DNA of 64,000 nt from an uncultured Acidobacteriota bacterium (GCA_963700145.1 OY969474.1:3808001-3872000), one strand, 5' to 3'; positions 33,369 to 43,824 are shown, counted from the first letter of the stretch. The notes: generated by a model from the sequence alone, not told the origin. Numbers and translations: made by a program.

Positions 33369-33740
33369 GCGGAGCTGGGCGCCGAGCGCCTCGATGCGAC
33401 GTTCGCGGCGCTCGCCGACCCGACCCGGCGGGCGATCCTCGCCCGGCTGGCGTCGGGGGAGGCGTCGGTGACGGAGCTGGCTGAGCCGTTCGCGATGAGC
33501 CAGCCCGCGATCTCCAAGCACCTCAAGGTGCTGGAGCGCGCCGGCTTGATCTCGCGCGGCCGCGATGCGCAGCGGCGGCCGTGCAAGCTCGAGGCCCTGC
33601 CGCTCGCCGCGGCCGACGAGTGGCTGGAAGGCTACCGCCGCTTCTGGGAAGCCAGCTTCCAGCGCCTCGACGTCCTGCTCGACGAGATGAAGGCCGAAGA
33701 GAGAAAACGCCAACGAACCAAGCGAGGAGACAAGCGATGA
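33351..33740 (+). CDS. ArsR/SmtB family transcriptional regulator
   Basis: 'TFAALADPTRRAIL', 'MSQPAISKHLKVLE.AGLI'. Confidence 0.92.
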   Translation: MEPIGYAELGAERLDATFAALADPTRRAILARLASGEASVTELAEPFAMSQPAISKHLKVLERAGLISRGRDAQRRPCKLEALPLAAADEWLEGYRRFWEASFQRLDVLLDEMKAEERKRQRTKRGDKR

Positions 33741-34228
33741 CGGAAGCCGTGCAGAACACCGGCAAGCTACAGGTCACCACCCCTTCGGAGCGAGAGATCG
33801 CCATGACCCGCGTCTTCGACGCGCCGCGCCGCCTGGTCTACGACGCCCATACCAAGCCCGAGCTGGTCAAGCGCTGGCTGGGCGTCTTCGGCGGCTGGTC
33901 GCTGGCGGTCTGCGAGATCGATCTCAGGGTAGGCGGCAGCTATCGCTACGTCTGGCGCCGCGACAGCGGCACCGAGATGGGGATGGGCGGCGTCTATCGC
34001 GAGATCGTGCCCGGCGCGCGGATCGTGGCGACCGAGAAGTTCGACGACCCCTGGTACGAGGGCGAGGCCGTGGGCACGACCACGTTCGTCGAGGAGGGCG
34101 GCAAGACGACCCTGACGACCACCGTGCTCTACGCGTCGCGGGAGGTCCGCGACGCCGTCCTCAAGACCCCGATGGAGACGGGCGTGGCCGCGAGCTACGA
34201 CAAGCTCGAAGAGCTGCTGGCCGGATGA
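33737..34228 (+). CDS. SRPBCC/AHSA1 family protein
   Basis: 'TRVFDAPRRLV', 'CEIDLRVGGSYRY', 'GVYREIVP'. Confidence 0.9.
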   Translation: MTEAVQNTGKLQVTTPSEREIAMTRVFDAPRRLVYDAHTKPELVKRWLGVFGGWSLAVCEIDLRVGGSYRYVWRRDSGTEMGMGGVYREIVPGARIVATEKFDDPWYEGEAVGTTTFVEEGGKTTLTTTVLYASREVRDAVLKTPMETGVAASYDKLEELLAG

Positions 34229-34443
34229 AGAAGGGGCAAGAAGCGCTGGCGGACGAGGTCCGGTCGGCGCTCGCGTGGCTGGAGAGCCACAGCACCAAGC
34301 GCACCCTCGAGGGGATGGCGCGCTACGCCATCCCCTCGGACAACGCGGCGTCGCCGCAGCCTGCGGCGCGGTGGGTGGGGAAGGACGCGCTCAGGGAGCT
34401 CACGGGCCCCTCGGTGACCCGGCGGCTCGCGGCGCGACGCTAG
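34225..34443 (+). pseudogene. Internally deleted DNA alkylation repair (AlkD-like) gene remnant
   Basis: N-terminal 'EGMARYAIPSDNA' joined directly to C-terminal 'AARWVGKDALREL'; only 72 aa. Confidence 0.6.
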
Positions 34444-34518
34444 GCTGTTCCCGCGGATCGGCGCGCCGGGGAAAGGTTTGCCCGCCCCGGCGCAAAGGTG
34501 GTAGAAATTACCCACCTC

Positions 34519-34872
34519 ATGGCTTCCTACGAGCCCGCGTATCGCCGTTCGACCGGACTCGTCGATGTCCTCGACCGTGTGCTCGACAAGGGCCTGGTCG
34601 TGGCCGGCGACATCCGCATCTCCCTCGCCGAGGTCGATCTCCTCACCATCCGCATCCGGCTGCTGGTCTGCTCGATCGACAAGGCCGAGCAGATCGGCCT
34701 CGACTGGTGGCGCCAGGACCCCAACCTCTCCCTCGCCGCCCGCCAGATGGCCAACGAGAACGAGCTGCTGCGCGAGCAGGTGCGGTTGTTGCAGGAACGC
34801 GTCGATTCACTCAGCGGCATCGTGAGGGGGGAGCCCGCCCGGGTGAAGAGGCGGAGACGGACCAGCAAGTAA
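34519..34872 (+). CDS. gvpJ: Gas vesicle protein, GvpA/GvpJ family
   Basis: '[49 protein letters not shown]'. Confidence 0.85.
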   Translation: MASYEPAYRRSTGLVDVLDRVLDKGLVVAGDIRISLAEVDLLTIRIRLLVCSIDKAEQIGLDWWRQDPNLSLAARQMANENELLREQVRLLQERVDSLSGIVRGEPARVKRRRRTSK

Positions 34873-34884
34873 GGGGGATGAAGC

Positions 34885-35214
34885 ATGCCGGTCGAACGTG
34901 CAGCGGGCGGCACCAGTCTCATCGACGTTCTGGACCGCGTCCTGGACAAGGGGATCGTGATCGACGCCTGGGTGCGGGTGTCGCTCGTCGGGATCGACCT
35001 GCTGACCGTCGAGGCGCGGATCGTGGTCGCCTCGATCGATACCTACCTCAAGTACTCGGAGGCGGTGGGGCAGATGCCCACCGTGTCGCGGCCGCTGCTC
35101 GAGGCCCGGCCGAACGAGGAGCTGCTGGCGGAGAACGCGTCGCTGCGCGCGCAGCTCGCGGCCACGGTCGTGCGCGAGGAGACGGTCCGGCGCCGCCGGG
35201 CGCCGAAACCTTAG
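34885..35214 (+). CDS. gvpA: Gas vesicle major structural protein with C-terminal extension
   Basis: '[52 protein letters not shown]'. Confidence 0.93.
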   Translation: MPVERAAGGTSLIDVLDRVLDKGIVIDAWVRVSLVGIDLLTVEARIVVASIDTYLKYSEAVGQMPTVSRPLLEARPNEELLAENASLRAQLAATVVREETVRRRRAPKP

Positions 35215-35259
35215 TCAAGCGCGGTCTGCTAAGTTAGGGCAGGTCAGCCGTTGGACTCG

Positions 35260-37412
<2,153 letters not shown>

Positions 37413-37416
<4 letters not shown>

Positions 37417-37814
37417 CCGAAGCCGATCGCCGTCCCCTGGTGCTCGTCGTCGACGACGTCCCGGACGGCCGGGAGATCTGCGCCGAGTACCTCGCCTTCC
37501 GCGGCTACGGCGTGGCCACCGCCGAGGACGGCAACGAGGCGCTGGAGAAGACTGCGAGCCTGCTGCCGGACGTGATCCTCATGGACCTCTCGTTGCCCGG
37601 CCTCGACGGCTGGGAGGCGACCCGGCGCCTCAAGCAGGACGAGCGCACCAAGCACATCCGCGTCATCGCGCTGACCGCGCACGCGCTGCCCTCGGCCCAC
37701 GAGCGGGCGCGCGCGGCGGGGTGCGACGCGGTGGTCACCAAGCCGGTGCTGCCGGAGGACCTGGTCCTCGAGGTGCAGCGGCAGCTCGCGGCACGGGACG
37801 CCGCCGGGGAGTAG
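37413..37814 (+). CDS. Single-domain response regulator (DivK-like)
   Basis: 'VVDD', 'LMDLSLP', 'LTAHA', 'KP'; no output domain. Confidence 0.92.
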
Positions 37815-37823
37815 AGACGGACC

Positions 37824-38789
37824 ATGCCGAAGAAGAAGGAGACGCCCGCGAAGCTTCCCGCCCGCCGCGCCCCCAAGGCGCCGGCCGCGGCGCCCGAGCC
37901 CGCGCCGGCCGCGCCGCCGCCGCGGGCGCGGCGCGAGGAGGCGGACCTCCCCGGCGAGCCGCGCAGCCTGGCGGGGACGCTCTCGGGCCTCGCCGTCACG
38001 CCGCCGCCGGCGGAGAGCGACGGCCAGAGCGGCAAGTACGTCTACTGCATCATCCACACGGACGAGCCGCACAACTTCGGGCCGATCGGCATCGGCAGCG
38101 AGCCGGCCGACGTGCACACCGTCAACTACCGCGACGTCGCCGCCGTCGTCTCCGACACGCCGCTCGAGGTCTACGACCCGACGCGCGACAACGTGCTCGC
38201 CCACGAGCGGGTCAACGAGGCGGTGATGCGGCGCTTCACCGTCATCCCGATGTCGTTCTCGACGGTGTTCAAGACGCGCGAGGACATCCTCGAGCTGCTG
38301 CGCACCGCCTACGACGCCTTCCGCGACGTGCTGGTCAAGATGCAGGACAAGCTGGAGTTCGGGCTCAAGATCCTGTGGGAGCCGGAGCTGGTCATCCAGG
38401 AGATCGAGAAGGCCGACGAGAGCCTGCGCCTGCTGCGCCACGAGATCTCGACCCAGAAGGGCTCGACCTACTTCGCGCGCATGCAGTACGGGCGGCTGGT
38501 CGACTCGCTCCTGCAGGAGCGCTCCGAGCAGCTCGTCTCGGAGATCTTCTCGGCCTTGGGCCAGGTGTCGGTCGCCTCGCGCGCCAACAAGCCGATCGGC
38601 GACAAGATGATCATGAACGCCGCCTTCCTCGTCGCCCGCGACCGCGAGGCCGACTTCGACGCCCGCGTCAAGGAGGTCGGCGCCAAGTACGAGCACCTGA
38701 AGTTCAAGTACACCGGCCCCTGGCCGCCCTACAACTTCGTCAACATCCGGCTGCGCCTGGAGCGGGCGACCGACACCGAGCCCGAATGA
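37824..38789 (+). CDS. gvpF: Gas vesicle protein GvpF/GvpL family (Pro/Ala-rich N-terminal extension)
   Basis: 'KYVYCII', 'AHERVNE', 'TVIPMSF', 'NAAFLV', 'TGPWPPYNF'. Confidence 0.88.
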   Translation: MPKKKETPAKLPARRAPKAPAAAPEPAPAAPPPRARREEADLPGEPRSLAGTLSGLAVTPPPAESDGQSGKYVYCIIHTDEPHNFGPIGIGSEPADVHTVNYRDVAAVVSDTPLEVYDPTRDNVLAHERVNEAVMRRFTVIPMSFSTVFKTREDILELLRTAYDAFRDVLVKMQDKLEFGLKILWEPELVIQEIEKADESLRLLRHEISTQKGSTYFARMQYGRLVDSLLQERSEQLVSEIFSALGQVSVASRANKPIGDKMIMNAAFLVARDREADFDARVKEVGAKYEHLKFKYTGPWPPYNFVNIRLRLERATDTEPE

Positions 38790-39085
38790 TCCTCGTCGAC
38801 CGGCTGCTCCTGGGCGGCATCGGGTTCGTGCTCGACAAGATCGCGGCGGCGGTGGACACCGAGCTCAACGACGAGCAGCGGCTGCGCGAGGAGCTGCTCG
38901 CCGCCGAGATGCAGAACGAGCTGGGCGAGCTCTCGGACGAGGAGTTCGGCGAGCTGCAGGCCGAGCTGCTGGCCCGGCTGCGCGTCATCCGCGAGCGGCA
39001 GCGCGGCGAGCGCGAGGCGGGCATCGCCGGGGTGGTAAGCGTCGAGGTGAGCTTCGACTCCGGCGCGCCGGAGGACCGCGAGTAG
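38786..39085 (+). CDS. gvpG: Gas vesicle protein GvpG
   Basis: ATGA overlap; 'FVLDKIAAAVD.EL.D', 'ELGELSDEEF.....LL.RL'. Confidence 0.8.
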   Translation: MILVDRLLLGGIGFVLDKIAAAVDTELNDEQRLREELLAAEMQNELGELSDEEFGELQAELLARLRVIRERQRGEREAGIAGVVSVEVSFDSGAPEDRE

Positions 39086-41091
39086 CGGCACCCGCCTTCC
39101 ACCTCTACGGCGGCAAGGGCGGGGTCGGCAAGACCACCTGCGCCGCCGCGCACGCCCTCGCCGCGGCCGCCGCCGGCCGCCGCGTCCTCCTCGTCTCGAC
39201 CGACCCCGCCCACTCGCTCGGCGACGCCCTCGGCCTGAGGCTCGGCCCCACCCCGACGATCGTCCCCACCCGCCGCGGCGCCCTCGCCGCGGTCGAGCTG
39301 GCCGCGGCGCCGGCATGGGAGCGCTGGCTCGGCGAGCGGCGGGAGGGGCTGGCGGCGCTCGCCCTCCGCGGCACCTACCTCGACCGCGAGGACGTGGACC
39401 GCCTCTTCGCCTTGCCGCTCCCCGGCGTGGACGAGCTGGTGGGCATCCTCGAGCTGGCGCGCCTGGCACGCGCCGAAGAGCGGGACGAGGTGGTGGTGGA
39501 CACCGCGCCGACCGCGCACACGCTGCGGCTTCTCGCCATGCCGGAGGCGCTGCGCCGCTTCGCCGGCCTCCTCGCCGCGATGCAGCGGAAGCACCGCGCG
39601 GTGGCCGAGCGCCTGGCCGGCGCTTGGCGCCCCGACGCCGCCGACGCCCTGCCGGCCGGGATCGAGGCCGAAGCGGCGCTCCTCGGCGACCTCCTCCACG
39701 ACCCGCGCCGCGCCCGCTTCCACTGGGTGCTGCTGCCGGAGGCGCTGTCGCTCGCCGAAACGCGCGACGCGCTCGGCGAGCTGGCGGCCGGCGGGGTGCC
39801 GGTGGATGAATCGGTCGAGCTGGTGGTCAACCGCGTGACCCCGCCGCCTCCCGAGGCGTGCGGCACGTGCGAGGCACGGCGGACGGAAGAAGCTCGGGTA
39901 GTGAAAGAGCTGGAGGCCGCCTTCGCGAGGCTGCCAGTGCGATTCGTGCCGGCGGTCGAGCACGAGCCGCGCGGGCGAGCGGCGCTGCTGCGCCTCGCCA
40001 CGGCCCCGTCTGCGAAACCCTCTCTCCTTGTCATCCCGAGCGCAGCGAGGGATCTGGGCGGGGGCGTTTTACCAACCTGGCTCGACCGCCTCGCCCCGCC
40101 CGGCACCCGCCTCCTCCTCTTCGCCGGCAAGGGCGGCACCGGCAAGACGACCTGCGCCGCCGCCGCCGCCCTCCTCCTCGCCGAGCGCGACCCCGCCCGC
40201 CCGGTCCTCCTCCTCTCGACCGACCCCGCGCACTCGCTCGCCGACGTGCTCGCCGCGCCCCTCGACGACTCCGAGCGCCCGGTCCCCGCGGCGCCCGCGC
40301 ACCTCCGCGCCCGCGAGCTGGACGCCGCGGCGCGCTATCGGCTCTGGCGCGAGCGGCTCCGCGGCGGCCTCGCGGAGCTGCTCGGCGCCGAGGAGCGCGG
40401 TGCCGCCGGCGCCGGCCTGGCGCTCGACCGCGCCGTCGTCGAGGCGTTGCTGGAGGTCGATCCGCCGGGGCTCGACGAGCTGGTGGCGATCCTCGACCTG
40501 ACCGGCGAAGCCGGTCATCCTGAGGCGCGCGGCGCCGAAGGATCTCGCAGGCCGCCGTCGCACGGCTTGCAGACCGAGCGCCTCGTCGTCCTCGACACCG
40601 CCCCCACCGGCCACGCCCTGCGCCTGCTCGAGATGCCGGCCCTCGCCCTCGCCTGGGACCATGCCCTCCTCGCCATCCTCTTGAAGTACCGCGAGGTGCT
40701 GGGGCTGGGCGAGCTGGCGGCGGAGCTGGTCGAGCTGGCGCGGGGCCTCAAGCGCCTCCAGGTAGTGCTCGCCGACCCGGCGCGCACCCGCTGCGTGGCG
40801 GTGGCGCGGGCCGCCGAGCTGCCGCGGCGGGAGACCGGGCGGCTGCTCGCCGCACTCGCCGGGCTGGGGGTGGCGGCGCCGGCCGTCCTGGTCAACGCCC
40901 TCACGCCCCCCGGCTGCTCGCGCTGTCGGCAAGCCGCGGCGGCCGAGCGGCGGCAGCTCGCCGCGCTCCGTCTAGGGCTGCCGGCCGGCGCGGCTATGAT
41001 CCGGGCGCCGGCCGCGTTCCCGCCGCCGCGCGGCGCCGCCCCGCTCGCCGCCTGGGGCCGGAGCTGGAGCTGGAGCGAGAGCACCCCATGA
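39082..41091 (+). CDS. Tandem (pseudodimeric) ArsA/Get3-family ATPase; start probably non-canonical (GTA 39082)
   Basis: Frame is open from 39082 into ORF 39394..41091; two sets of GKGG(V/T)GKTT, STDPAHSL, PG(V/L)DEL, DTAPT(A/G)H and CxxC. Confidence 0.85.
   Translation, partial: VAAPAFHLYGGKGGVGKTTCAAAHALAAAAAGRRVLLVSTDPAHSLGDALGLRLGPTPTIVPTRRGALAAVELAAAPAWERWLGERREGLAALALRGTYLDREDVDRLFALPLPGVDELVGILELARLARAEERDEVVVDTAPTAHTLRLLAMPEALRRFAGLLAAMQRKHRAVAERLAGAWRPDAADALPAGIEAEAALLGDLLHDPRRARFHWVLLPEALSLAETRDALGELAAGGVPVDESVELVVNRVTPPPPEACGTCEARRTEEARVVKELEAAFARLPVRFVPAVEHEPRGRAALLRLATAPSAKPSLLVIPSAARDLGGGVLPTWLDRLAPPGTRLLLFAGKGGTGKTTCAAAAALLLAERDPARPVLLLSTDPAHSLADVLAAPLDDSERPVPAAPAHLRARELDAAARYRLWRERLRGGLAELLGAEERGAAGAGLALDRAVVEALLEVDPPGLDELVAILDLTGEAGHPEARGAEGSRRPPSHGLQTERLVVLDTAPTGHALRLLEMPALALAWDHALLAILLKYREVLGLGELAAELVELARGLKRLQVVLADPARTRCVAVARAAELPRRETGRLLAALAGLGVAAPAVLVNALTPPGCSRCRQAAAAERRQLAALRLGLPAGAAMIRAPAAFPPPRGAAPLAAWGRSWSWSESTP
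40029..40064. repeat. REP-like palindrome inserted in frame in the ATPase linker
   Basis: TGTCATCCCGAGCGCAGCGAGGGATCTGGGCGGGGG, near-identical to the intergenic copy at 43419. Confidence 0.8.
40514..40545. repeat. Second REP-like palindrome in frame in the ATPase
   Basis: GTCATCCTGAGGCGCGCGGCGCCGAAGGATCT. Confidence 0.7.
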
Positions 41092-41885
41092 GCCCCTCCC
41101 TGGCGACCTACGTCTACGCGCTCCTGCGCCGCCCGGCGGCGCCGGCCGTCGGCGGCGCGCCGGCGGGGCTCCCCGGCCTCTCCCCGCCGCGCGCGCTCGA
41201 CGCCGGCGGCGGCCTCTGGCTGGTGGCCGCCGACGCCCCGCTCCCCGACTACGGCGCCGACGAGATCGGCCGCCGCCTCGAGGACCTCTCCTGGGTCTCG
41301 ACCTGCGCCCTCGCCCACGAGCGCATGGTGGAGCACTTCGGCGCCGGCGCCACGCTGGTGCCGATGAAGCTCTTCACCCTCTTCGCCGGCGACGCGCGCG
41401 CCGTCGAGCACATCGGCGGCGAGCGCGAGCGGCTCGCGCGCCTGCTCGACCGCGTCGAGGGGTGCCGGGAGTGGGGGGTGCGGGTGCTCTTCGACGAGGC
41501 GGCGGCGCGGGCGGCGCTCGACGCTGAGGAGAACGGGGGAGAGGGCGGCGGGCCGAGCGGCGGCGCCGGCACCGCCTTCCTGCAGCAGAAGAAGCGGCAG
41601 CGGGAGGCTGCGCGGACCCTCGCCGCGCGCGCCGGCGCCGCGGCGGAAGAGCTGTTCGCGGCGCTCGCCGCCCGGGCGCGCGACGCCGTGCGGCGCGACC
41701 CGCCGGCGGCGGAGGTCGCCGCCCGCCTGCTGCTCGACGCCGCCTTCCTCGTGCCGGAGGAGACGGCGGCCGCCTTCGAGGATGTGGTCGGGCGCGGCGC
41801 CGAGGCGCTGCGGCGGCTGGGCGGCGACGTGACGCTCACCGGCCCCTGGCCGGCCTACAACTTCGCGGCCGAGGAGACGCGGTGA
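41088..41885 (+). CDS. gvpL: Gas vesicle protein GvpL/GvpF family
   Basis: 'YVYA', 'AHERMVE', 'LVPMKLFT', 'EWGVRV', 'AAFLV', 'TGPWPAYNF'. Confidence 0.85.
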   Translation: MSPSLATYVYALLRRPAAPAVGGAPAGLPGLSPPRALDAGGGLWLVAADAPLPDYGADEIGRRLEDLSWVSTCALAHERMVEHFGAGATLVPMKLFTLFAGDARAVEHIGGERERLARLLDRVEGCREWGVRVLFDEAAARAALDAEENGGEGGGPSGGAGTAFLQQKKRQREAARTLAARAGAAAEELFAALAARARDAVRRDPPAAEVAARLLLDAAFLVPEETAAAFEDVVGRGAEALRRLGGDVTLTGPWPAYNFAAEETR

Positions 41886-42124
41886 GCGAGCGGCTGCCGG
41901 CCGCGCGCGACGCCGGCGAGCTGATCGAGGTGGTGGCCGGGGCCGACGGCTCGCTTCTCGACATCGTCGATCACCTGCTCAACCAGGGGGTGGTGCTGAC
42001 CGGCGAGGTGGTGCTTGGGCTGGCGGACATCGATCTCATCTACCTCCGGTTGTCCGCCCTGCTCTGCGCCGCCGACCGCATCCTGCCGCGGGCTGGGGAG
42101 GGGGAGGGAGGGAAGGGGAGTTGA
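41882..42124 (+). CDS. Small gas vesicle protein, GvpA superfamily (GvpS/J/M-like)
   Basis: 'SLLDIVDHLLNQGVVLTGEVVLGLADIDLIYLRLSALL'. Confidence 0.82.
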   Translation: MSERLPAARDAGELIEVVAGADGSLLDIVDHLLNQGVVLTGEVVLGLADIDLIYLRLSALLCAADRILPRAGEGEGGKGS

Positions 42125-42810
42125 GCGCGCTGCGTGTGTATGCGGTGGTGCGGGCGGGGGCTGGCGAGCCGGTAGAAAAAGGCGCAAGTGGGGAGACGCT
42201 GCGGCTGGTCGCGTGCGGGGAGATCGCGGCGGTCGTGGGAGAGGCGGCGGATGTTTCGCTCTCGGCGGAGGCGCTGCGGCGGCACGACGAGACGGTCCGC
42301 CGGCTGGCGCTCGAGCTGGATCCGCTGCTGCCCGCCCGTTTCGGCGAGACGGCGCCGGACGAGGCGGCGCTCGTGCGGGCGCTGGCGCCGCGGGCGGCCG
42401 AGCTGGCGGAGGCGCTGGCGCGGGTCGCCGGCTGCGTGCAGATGACGCTTCGGGTGTTCGGGGAGAGCACGGAAGCGCCCGCGCCGGCCCTGCCCGAGAT
42501 CCTCGACGCGCCTCTCGCCGGGCCGGGCACGCGCTACCTCCTCCAGCGCCGCCTGGAGGCGGAGCGGGCGCGCTCACTGCCCGAGATCGCCGAGCTACGC
42601 GCCGCGCTCGCCCCGCTGCTGCGCGCCGAGCGGGTGGAGCGGCACGCCGCCGGCCGCCTCCTCGCCACCGCCTACGATCTGGTGGCCCGCGGCGACGCGC
42701 CGCGCTACGCCGAGCTGGTGCGGAGCGCCGCGGCCCGCGCCGACGGCCCGCGGGTCGCCCTCTCCGGCCCCTGGCCCCCCTACGCCTTCGCCCCGGAGGT
42801 GGGCCCGTGA
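42121..42810 (+). CDS. Gas vesicle protein GvpL/GvpF family (third paralogue)
   Basis: 'VYAVV', 'LLPARFG', 'GPGTRYL', 'SGPWPPYAF'. Confidence 0.8.
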   Translation: MSALRVYAVVRAGAGEPVEKGASGETLRLVACGEIAAVVGEAADVSLSAEALRRHDETVRRLALELDPLLPARFGETAPDEAALVRALAPRAAELAEALARVAGCVQMTLRVFGESTEAPAPALPEILDAPLAGPGTRYLLQRRLEAERARSLPEIAELRAALAPLLRAERVERHAAGRLLATAYDLVARGDAPRYAELVRSAAARADGPRVALSGPWPPYAFAPEVGP

Positions 42811-43157
42811 GCGAGCGGGAGGCGCTGCGGCTGGAGATCGAGGAGCTGGAGGGCATGCGCGCCGAGCTAGAGCGCCGCCTAGCCGCCCAGCCCGCCCCGT
42901 GCTGGAACGCCGCCCCCGAAGACGTCGAGCGCTCGGTAGCCCAGCTCGTCCTCGCCCTCGTCGAGTTTCTCCGCAAGCTGATGGAGCGCCAAGCCATCCG
43001 CCGCATGGAGCAAGAGACCCTCACCCCCGACCAGGTCGAAAAGCTCGGCATCGCCCTGATGAAGCTCGAAGAAACCGTCCACGACCTCGCCCGCCGCTTC
43101 GGAATCCGCCCCGAAGACCTCAACTTGGATCTCGGGCCTATCGGGAAGCTGACTTAG
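42807..43157 (+). CDS. gvpK: Gas vesicle protein GvpK
   Basis: 'LVLALVEFLRKLMERQAIRRME', 'DLNLDLGPIG'. Confidence 0.92.
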   Translation: MSEREALRLEIEELEGMRAELERRLAAQPAPCWNAAPEDVERSVAQLVLALVEFLRKLMERQAIRRMEQETLTPDQVEKLGIALMKLEETVHDLARRFGIRPEDLNLDLGPIGKLT

Positions 43158-43188
43158 GAAGGGAAGAGATCCGCGCGGGGCGGATAGT

Positions 43189-43360
43189 GCCGCGTGAGAT
43201 GCCGGGCCACCCGGCCCGCGAAAGAGTCGCGCCGCTTCGCGGTTCCCGGTCAGGACCGGTAGCGGCGGCAGAATCAGGTCGGCTCCGTTCGCGGACGTTG
43301 GTGGTGACTTCACCGGAACGCGACGCTTTCGCTGGCCTCTGGCCCGGCACATCACGCGGC
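43189..43360. other. About 170-nt rod-like inverted-repeat element (candidate structured RNA or MITE)
   Basis: 43189-43209 pairs with 43340-43360 (19/21); 43218-43231 pairs with 43319-43332 (13/14); internal small hairpins. Confidence 0.6.
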
Positions 43361-43418
43361 GCCATGACTCGGGACTCTGAAGTGACGTCCGGCAGAGAAA
43401 GACGGAACGATCCCTCCT

Positions 43419-43524
43419 TGTCATCCTGAGCGAGAGCGAAGGATCTGGGCGGGGGGCGGCGCGATGCTGGTGGGTCTATGCGCCCACCCTTCCCCCAGAT
43501 CCCTCGCTCACGCTCGGGATGACA
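43419..43524. repeat. REP doublet (REPIN-like)
   Basis: TGTCATCCTGAGCGAGAGCGAAGGATCT ... AGATCCCTCGCTCACGCTCGGGATGACA in inverted orientation. Confidence 0.85.
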
Positions 43525-43554
43525 TATGCAGTGGCTCCACCGCCGGTTCTAGGG

Positions 43555-43713
43555 CCCGGAGGTCTCTGGAGCGCCGGGCGCTCCGTCCGCTCCCCCTGGC
43601 CGTCCACCGTGCGAGGCGCCGGAGCCACCGCCGTGTTGGCCGGCAACCCCCTCTGTACCAGCACGCGCAGCGCGGACATCAAGGAGCGCCCCGGCGCGGA
43701 GGAGACCTCCGGG
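43555..43713. other. About 160-nt inverted-repeat element
   Basis: CCCGGAGGTCTC..GCGCCGGGCGCTCC pairs with GGAGCGCCCCGGCGC..GAGACCTCCGGG; inner GTCCGC/GCGGAC. Confidence 0.6.
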
Positions 43714-43770
43714 ACCCCACACCGGAACGGCCGCAGCAAGCGGCTGGGAGGGGGAAGGGTGAGAAGCCGG

Positions 43771-43808
43771 TTGACGGAATCGGTACTGAATTGGTACTGT
43801 TTCAGTCC
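43771..43808 (+). promoter_or_regulatory. suf promoter with candidate Rrf2 operator
   Basis: TTGACG-18-TACTGT; inverted ACTGAA-N10-TTCAGT and direct GGTACTG x2 over the -10. Confidence 0.6.
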
Positions 43809-43824
43809 ACGGGGGTGGAAAAGC

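Noticed and set aside
39082-41091. Arsenic resistance operon (ArsA plus the ArsR at 33351)
   Set aside because: No arsB/acr3/arsC/arsD; the ArsR belongs to the ArsR-SRPBCC pair; the ATPase is embedded among gvp genes
43189-43360. Firm call as 6S RNA or SRP RNA
   Set aside because: No clear large central bubble, and the SRP-like segment lacks the GNRA loop and AGCAG; kept only as an unassigned structured element
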